Assembly (NCBI GenBank): GCA_951406725.2
Contig: OX597831.1
Location: forward strand, 46,314,001-46,378,000
DNA from: Octopus vulgaris
Lineage: Eukaryota
Direction: 5' to 3'
DNA: 64,000 bases
Shown: positions 56,945 through 64,000 of the stretch, piece after piece
Layout: every line of letters begins with the position of its first letter
Numbering within the stretch: position 1 is the first letter of the stretch
Translations under genes and position numbers: made by a program
Notes under the pieces: generated by a model
The model's database searches: none
The model's input: the letters and a program-made list of their open reading frames with translations, nothing else
What the model was told of the DNA's origin: nothing

Positions 56945-59111
56945 GCAACAACAACAACAACAACAACAACAAGAACAACAACAACAACAACAACATCAAC
57001 AACACCGATAGGCGCAGCAAGAACAAATGATAGGCCAGACACAGAAGCTCACAAAATCACCAGCAGTATCAGCAGCAATAGAAGCATCGGCACCATCGGT
57101 AGCAACATTCTGGGCGGGACTCTGGGCTCCAATGTGGATCAATGGCTTGTTCGTTGCAGAGGACTTTCCAACGCGGGACCCATAAACCTTTTACCTTTTA
57201 CTGGATGAAGGGCATTGCCATTTCGAGATAAACTCTACAAGCATGGAAGTGCCACGTAACCGGGCCTGGCGAAGCTGCACGTCGAGACACGAAACTATTC
57301 TGTATGCATTTGTCCAGTGCCTGAGCATTGCTGACTCTTGGGTTTAAGTTGAACACTTGTTTCATGTAGGACGAATCCGGCTGTGAAGCAAGTCAATAGT
57401 GGGAATCGACGATCTACCTTTCTTTGACAAAAAAAGGGCAGTTCATTTTTCTCTTGCCGGTCTATATAGCAAAAGAAGTGGTGTGGCTTGCTCCTGTGGA
57501 CGGGTATTTTCCTCTCAAACCCAGATGGAATCTTTACTTCAAAGTCTGTGGTCCCGACGGGAAAGCCTGCGAGGTTTGAAAAGTATGTAGATAAACTGTA
57601 TTTAATAAAATAAAAGTGGTATCGAGCCTTTTAAACTTACCAGAAGAAGGAATAATTTATATACATGTTTGTTCCTTCAAGAGCCATGCCTGGCTCATAA
57701 GGGTCGGTTTCCCGGTTTCATTGGCGTATAGGTTCCCCACCTGGACGGGACGCCGGTCCGTCGCAGGTGAGCTGCAAGATGCAGGAGAAAAGGGTGAGAG
57801 AAAGTTGTGGTGAAAGAGTCAGCAGAAGCTCACCATTACCTTCTACTGGAGCCGCGTGGTGCTTAGCTGTTTCGCTCATAAACGGTCTGAGATTCGAACC
57901 GGCGATCCCTCGACCGCGAGTCCGCTGCTCTAACCACTAGGCCATGTGCCTCCACAATTTATATACATGCATACTATAATTTGTCATGTCGTTAAAAAAG
58001 AGGCAGCGGCAAAGAATCTTTACTAATAATATTTTAGTGGAGAACCACTGATCGAGATAATTGCCTTTGTTCAGCGTCGGAGAGGCAGGAAAGAGCAGTT
58101 CTTGAATAAATTCCACCTTTCTCTCCATTTCTCAGAGACGACATTCCGAGAGCCATTCAACCATTTAATATTGTTGTCTTCAATTGTGATACTCCTCCCA
58201 TCCTTCCTTCCTTCTTTCCTTCCTTCCTTGCTAGCTTAATTCCAACCCCTCTTTCCACATTTCTCCCTGCATCCCACTTTGCATTCTTATTCTTCAAACA
58301 ATAATTTTCGGTCTTCCAACTGGATACGCAAACTCATTCAAGGGAGATAACTCCACGTGCTTGTATTATGAGTTACAAATCGTGCATAATTTATCTTTCT
58401 TGTACGTAAGATTTTCCTTTTGTTTTTATTTACTTTCCCGAGATACTCTTCGTGCGAATCTACCACAGCAGTAAGACTTGATTCCTGTGAGTGTTTTAAA
58501 CTAAAGTACATAGCATGCTCATTTGATGAGTGTAAGCTCAGAATTATATATATATATTCGTCCTGTCGAAAAGACGCTTGTCTGTGACGTCCTGTTTTTG
58601 TTGCTTTTTACGTATTTTTGTATTCTTATTCGTGCTATCACAAATATCACAATATTCGTGCGATATTGAAAGCTAATTACCCCAACATTGCAAGGCCAAC
58701 TCAAGAGAAATTTGATCGAAAGAAATAATTAAATGTGATGATGCCCTAATGTGTGTATCTACTAATTTTGAAGTCTCGTGTAAGCACATACAGTTCCATC
58801 TGAAATGGAATGCGATTACCAGCATCCTAAAAGGCAGAGCTTGAAAAATCGCCTTTGAGAAGATACTATTGAAACAATGTTACTTCACAAATAAATTATA
58901 TATATGTACATTCAGACACACAGTACTCACCAAAGAGCTTTTAATTAGTTCAGTGTAGTTACATACTCTGATAGTTTTATTTATTTTAATATAACGCTTA
59001 AATGTTTAGGTAAAATTATTTTACATGGTGAATATTTGAAACTGGGAAGAACTTGCCGTGTTCATTTCGAGTGGTATGTTTCATTTGCGGATAAGCTATA
59101 AGGTGACGAAT

Positions 59112-60196
59112 TCAATGAGTTTCGATATTATGTTTTTTTTACATTGCTGGAAAATGTTGTGAAATAAAGCAAGTAATTCATTCCGAAACTGCCGATTGAA
59201 AACCCGTAGATATACGGGTTAAGAGCAGAGCTGAGATAAGAAGAATAGAATAAAAACTTGTGAATCACTAGATCTTTATCACTTGCAACGTCATCAAAAT
59301 CTTCAACAAACAACCTCCAGTATACTCCAATGAAATGTGGTATGTAACTGATAATCCAGATCAAGGTGATAACGAAGAGTTTTAAAGTAGCCCAAGCTGG
59401 TGGCACTGGTTCCCTTCTAAGACGCGCAAAAGCGGTAGAACTAATATCTGTAGACTGACCTTCAGGTTTGGAAATGTTAGGAGTTGTGAAGGCTTCACGA
59501 AACTGATTTGCTTTATTTTTCTTCGCTTTGTAAATTTTCCAAATGCGCATTCCAATTAATATGTATATAATGAAAAGAATGATAAACATACAACAGCAAA
59601 CGGTTGATGCAGCAGTGTAATAAGGAAAAAAATTATTGTGCCATTTATATAAGGAGAAAATGCACAAATCCTCCAATATCGCCACATTGTTCCACCATTT
59701 TGTTTTGTGTGCCGGATACAAAAAATGCTGGTGCAGACAAAATGAACGCGATGATTGTTAAACATGCTAAAATTGTTTTTGAATTCTTAACGGAAATATT
59801 TTGCTTAAGGGGTCGACATATGAGAATGTATCTATCGACTGCTATAACAAACACAATGAAAGCTGAATTGATTATTGCTGCAGCTATCACACCACGTATC
59901 ACACGACATGCAACATCACTGTGAAATGTATAGGGAAAACGTAGAACTACAATGTCCATAGGTATACATATTATGCAAGTTAGAAAATCACACACCGAGA
60001 GTGCTATAATGAACATATGCATGGCTGTCTCATCAAATTTATAATAGTATATGTATGATACAAAGCAATTTCCAATTGCTCCAAGTGCCATTGAAATTCC
60101 GAGATACGTTATCACTGGAAAATAAACATCCACCATTTTAGTATTTAGTTCTTCTAAAATAATAACGCAAATGTTGACACTGTTGTTTTGCTCCAT
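59112..60196 (-). pseudogene. Class A GPCR, copy 3, frameshifted (pseudogene or sequencing error)
   Basis: Full-length homolog with 1-bp deletions near 59668, 59633 and 59203 and a +2 in a T-run near 59135; also a 3-bp insertion near the N-terminus. Confidence 0.75.
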
Positions 60197-60496
60197 TTTC
60201 TTAATATTGTTTGAAACTTTGAGGAAAGTGTTATGATTTGCGATTGTAGACCTCGTACTTCCTGGAAAGACAAAGAAAAGTTGTTTGTAAACAGTTTATT
60301 CCAACAGACTTTATGAAAAATTCTGCTTTACATCGAGAGTTAAGTTAACAGATTTTACAGTTCTATATTTAAGAGATGTGGAATTATGTACATTATTTAC
60401 ATTTGACGGATATCAGTCAAGATAGCATAAGAAAACATTAGATTTATAAGCCCTAAAATTCACTCCATAATTACCCGCGGACATATGGCGTAGTTA

Positions 60497-60540
60497 ACAC
60501 AACATTTCGGCTGATATACCCTCCAGCCTTCATCAGGTGT
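60497..60540 (-). ncRNA. Minimal type I hammerhead ribozyme (stem III variant)
   Basis: ACAC-CUGAUGA-A-GGCUGG-(8 nt)-UCAGCC-GAAA-UGU-U-GUGU. Confidence 0.7.
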
Positions 60541-60574
60541 CTCGGGGAAATTTCGATGTTATTATTATTATCCA

Positions 60575-60646
60575 GGTCACTGTCTGGAGTCGAACTCGGA
60601 ATCTTGGGGTTAGTAGCCCGCACACTTATCCACTACGCCATATGCC
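60575..60646 (-). other. tRNA-like Pol III promoter segment inside the PLE terminal repeat (6-nt deleted copy at ~39049-39113)
   Basis: GGCATATGGCGTAGTGGATAAG...GGG-CTACTAA-CCC...GAGTTCGACTCC: A box, anticodon-like hairpin and B box. Confidence 0.65.
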
Positions 60647-62166
60647 TGTGGGCAATTATTTAGTGAATTTTAGGGCTTATAAATCTAATATTTTCTTATG
60701 CTATTCATATCTGCACTCGGTCTGCTTAGGAGATTGTTGTGTCCTAGCATATGTGCTGCTTCGTATTTTCCAGATGTGTTCTCTGTCTATCATTTTAACT
60801 TCATCCCACAGGGGTAGGTGGTCTCCATTTTTCCATACATGATCAGCTATACCCGATTTATCAAAATCTCCTCGTGTCACAGCTTTGCTATGTTTCTCTA
60901 TCCCTACTTTGAAGGAGCAGCATGTTTCGCCCTTATATAATCTGCCACAGCTGCATGGGATGGAGTACACGCAATGTTTGGTCATATCTCTTCTGTTGAG
61001 TGTTTTACTCGAAGGAGATATTTGCGAAGTGTTGTATTACTCTTGAATACTGTCCTGACGTCATATGGGCCACATATCTTTTGTATCTTTTCGGAGAGGT
61101 CTTTCACATAGGGTAGACAGACTGTGAACAGTTTATTGGTTTCATTCTCTCTTTTCATAACTGGAGTGGATAATATGTTTTTGGGGTAGTTGTTGCTTAA
61201 TAGATTGTTATTGAGCTTGATAATTTCTTCGTGGTGTATACGGACGTCCTGAATCCATACTTGGAAAGTTAGATGGTTTGAAAGACGAGCTAGTTTTTGT
61301 TGAAGTGTCCCTGTGTCTCCATTGAAATGTAATGTCGGCTCAGTTCTACATTTTAGAAATAAGGAATTATGTACATTATTTACATTATTTACTTTTGACG
61401 GGTATTTGTCCTCATCGTGTTTGTTGTTAACATAACGTTTCGGCTGGTTGGATTTTGGGGCTTGTAAATCTACTATTTTCCTATCCTTCCTTAAAACCGA
61501 TGAAGACTGGAGGGTATATCAGCCGAAACGTTACGTTAACAACATACAAGAAGAGGAGAAATATCCGACATGTGTAAATAATGTAAATAATGTCAACAAA
61601 GATTTGTACAAAAACAAGAAATACATTTATCAAATATTAATTACGCATGATATTTATGAACGAATATTTGTGAATATACACTGTGAAATTGCTAAATTTT
61701 CGATATCAATCATATATTGGGAAGAGCTAGTGAATAAGCCATATAAGTATGTGCTTCTGTGTATGTGTGTGCTCGTTGTTAATGGTTGAATCCGAAGAAC
61801 ATTAAGCAGTAAATAATAGAATTATGGTTAAAAATACCATTTGGAAGGATGAATTCTATTCTTGGGTCTCGAACCTACACGTGTTAAAAATATGATAGAC
61901 GTTCTGCCATTGGACCAAAATAATCTTTCAAATTTCTCCATCCATTTTCGATACTTTGTTCTTATAAGTGAGAACTGCATATTGGTGAGATTTCGTGTGA
62001 AATAATTCGTTTTTAATGGTTAAAGCCGAAGTAGATAAAGTTATATGTAATAGCATCTAAATATTGGCTTAAGAAAGACTTTGGGGAGAAAAAGCCGAAT
62101 GTATGTATGTATGTATGCATGTATGTATGTATGTATGTATGTATGTATGTATGTATGTATGTATGT

Positions 62167-64000
62167 ATAATAACACTGTTTTCTGCAGCTGCACTAAATG
62201 GGTTTTATGCCTGTCTCCTCTCCTCATCTGTACAAATCTGTAGGTATAGTTTCTGTTGTACCTATAACTACTGGGATACATTTTTCCCGCACTTTTCACA
62301 GTCTCTGTAATCTAATAGCTAGGTCCTGGAACTTTGTTATTTTTCTATACCTCTCATATTTATTTTTTCATAACTTGGGACTGTAAAGTCAATTAATTGG
62401 TACTGTCTACTACTTCTAAATTAGGCTTTCTGTTACTATGTCAGTCTGAATGTTGGCTCTAGGTTGACATGCCCGTTCCATATATTCTTTCTGTGCCAGC
62501 ATAATACATTCACTTACTATATGAGTAACACATCCCTCTTTTGATTTGCATAACCTACATTGGGAATGCACTTAATTTTTGTCTGTTTGAGTTTTTTATC
62601 CAATTAATCCTTGATACTTGATCTTGTGCTGCTTCTAACAAACTTTCTGTCTCTCGTTTCAGCTGTCCTTTCTGCAACCATAACCATGTCTCACTACTAC
62701 TATTTGCTACAATCATCTTTGGGAATCTACCATGCAAAGCCTTCTCCTGCCAGTCTTTTGTTTGTTTTTCTGGCTTTTAACTTTGTTTGTTTTTTTGTTT
62801 TCCCTATGTCTTGCTGTGATTGAAGTAGCTCTCTAAACATTCTTTACTATTATCTACGTAGGAGTCTATATCTACTCTAGCTAACTCCACACAGTCTTCT
62901 ACTGATATTATCCCACTTCCACTTCCTTTCTAGCCAAGTATAATCTTGCTACTCCTGTGTTGGATGGAGTCCTCCATTCATATTGAATTCATTAACAATT
63001 CTTCTGTCTAACTTTGCTAATGTAGTTTTGTCCAATCTACAAAAACTGCTGAGTATCTAAGTAAAGATACTATCCACGTATTTAAAGCCTTCACTAGTTT
63101 CGGACAATTTAGTTTTGATTTCATAAACTTCCTTATCCTTCTGATGTACTCCTTCTCAATTTTCGTTTCCGTTTCTATAATTAGTACTCTGTCAGATCTA
63201 ATACTCCTAGATACTTATAACTCCCTACTTCTCTCGGTGATTTTAATGTCTGGCCATCTCGTCATTGGATCCATTAGCTTTTGACTGCCTGTCCCCTTTT
63301 CATGACAAATATTGCATTCTTATCTATGCCAAATTCCATCCTATATCTTTGCTGAACAGTCTTGCTGTCTGTATTAAGGAATCTCTCTTTTTCATTCTTA
63401 CCAGGGTTCCGACAGTTATTCGTAGTACTACCACCTTTTCCATCGACCGCAATTGCTTAACATCTCAAGTTAACCTGTCATATCTATCGACACTTTTCTT
63501 CCTTATTGTATACCTTGTTGTCAGCTGTGCATGCTATATCCAGCATCGTTTGCTTTCTTTCTCAATTAACACTTTGTCTAGTTTCCTACTCTCTATCTCA
63601 TGGTTTAATGCGCGTACCACGTTTTTGCTCTGTTAAGTCCATACTTGTTGCAAAGCATCCAATGGCATGCATTGACTAGTAATATGCCACAGGTTTCACT
63701 ACTTTGTCTACAAAGTCTGCACTTATCATTATCCAATGTGTTGTGTATTCTGTATTTGATGTAATTCGTTCTTGATGCATGCTCTTCGACAGCAGAGATT
63801 AGGGATTCTGTTTCCGGTTTTAAATCACTTTTAGTCATCCATAGCCATCTTTTCTCTCTCTGTCTTATCATCAACATCCCTATGAAATTGTCCATGCATT
63901 CTTTCTTTGTCCACCTACTTTCAGTTTCATTCACTCTCAAAGTGCTTATACAGTGCTTTATCTTTGCAATCTTCCATCCTACACAAGCCTGACCTTCTTA
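62167..64000 (-). mobile_element. RLE LINE fragment cluster, unit 4 (partial)
   Basis: MHGRF...WLWLQKGQLKRETESLLEAAQDQ (62555-62737); CRLC (63605-63940). Confidence 0.85.

Larger units (their letters stand above)
60350..61600 (-). mobile_element. Penelope-like element, unit 4
   Basis: GIY-YIG ORF 60701-60985; inverted repeat 60422-60494 / 60632-60704. Confidence 0.88.
60343..64000. repeat. Tandem segmental duplication unit 4 (partial)
   Basis: Matches 1-3250 of unit 1 plus the Penelope terminus seen at 38817-39225. Confidence 0.93.

Overview
AT-rich, microsatellite-dense animal DNA. The SINE families, simple repeats and TTAGGG suggest a mollusc, probably an octopus or other cephalopod (inference). 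The window is about 3.2 head-to-tail copies of a ~19-21.5 kb segmental duplication (unit 1 <1-19440, unit 2 19441-38816, unit 3 38817-60342, unit 4 60343->64000). Each complete unit ends in a minus-strand class A (rhodopsin-like) GPCR whose 7TM region lies in one exon. Two copies are intact at 360 aa, and the third is frameshifted or mis-assembled. The rest of each unit is decayed mobile DNA: a Penelope GIY-YIG element whose terminal repeat holds a tRNA-like head and a minimal hammerhead ribozyme, restriction-like-endonuclease (R4/Dong-type) LINE fragments in (TAA)n arrays, tRNA-derived SINEs and a mariner (units 1-2 only). Notable observations: hidden older GPCR relics, non-synonymous changes clustered in the TM3 pocket, a candidate in-frame upstream exon, a copy-specific (TTAGGG)5 insertion at a palindrome, and mosaic ancestry of unit 2. 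All comparisons were made by eye; no searches were run.
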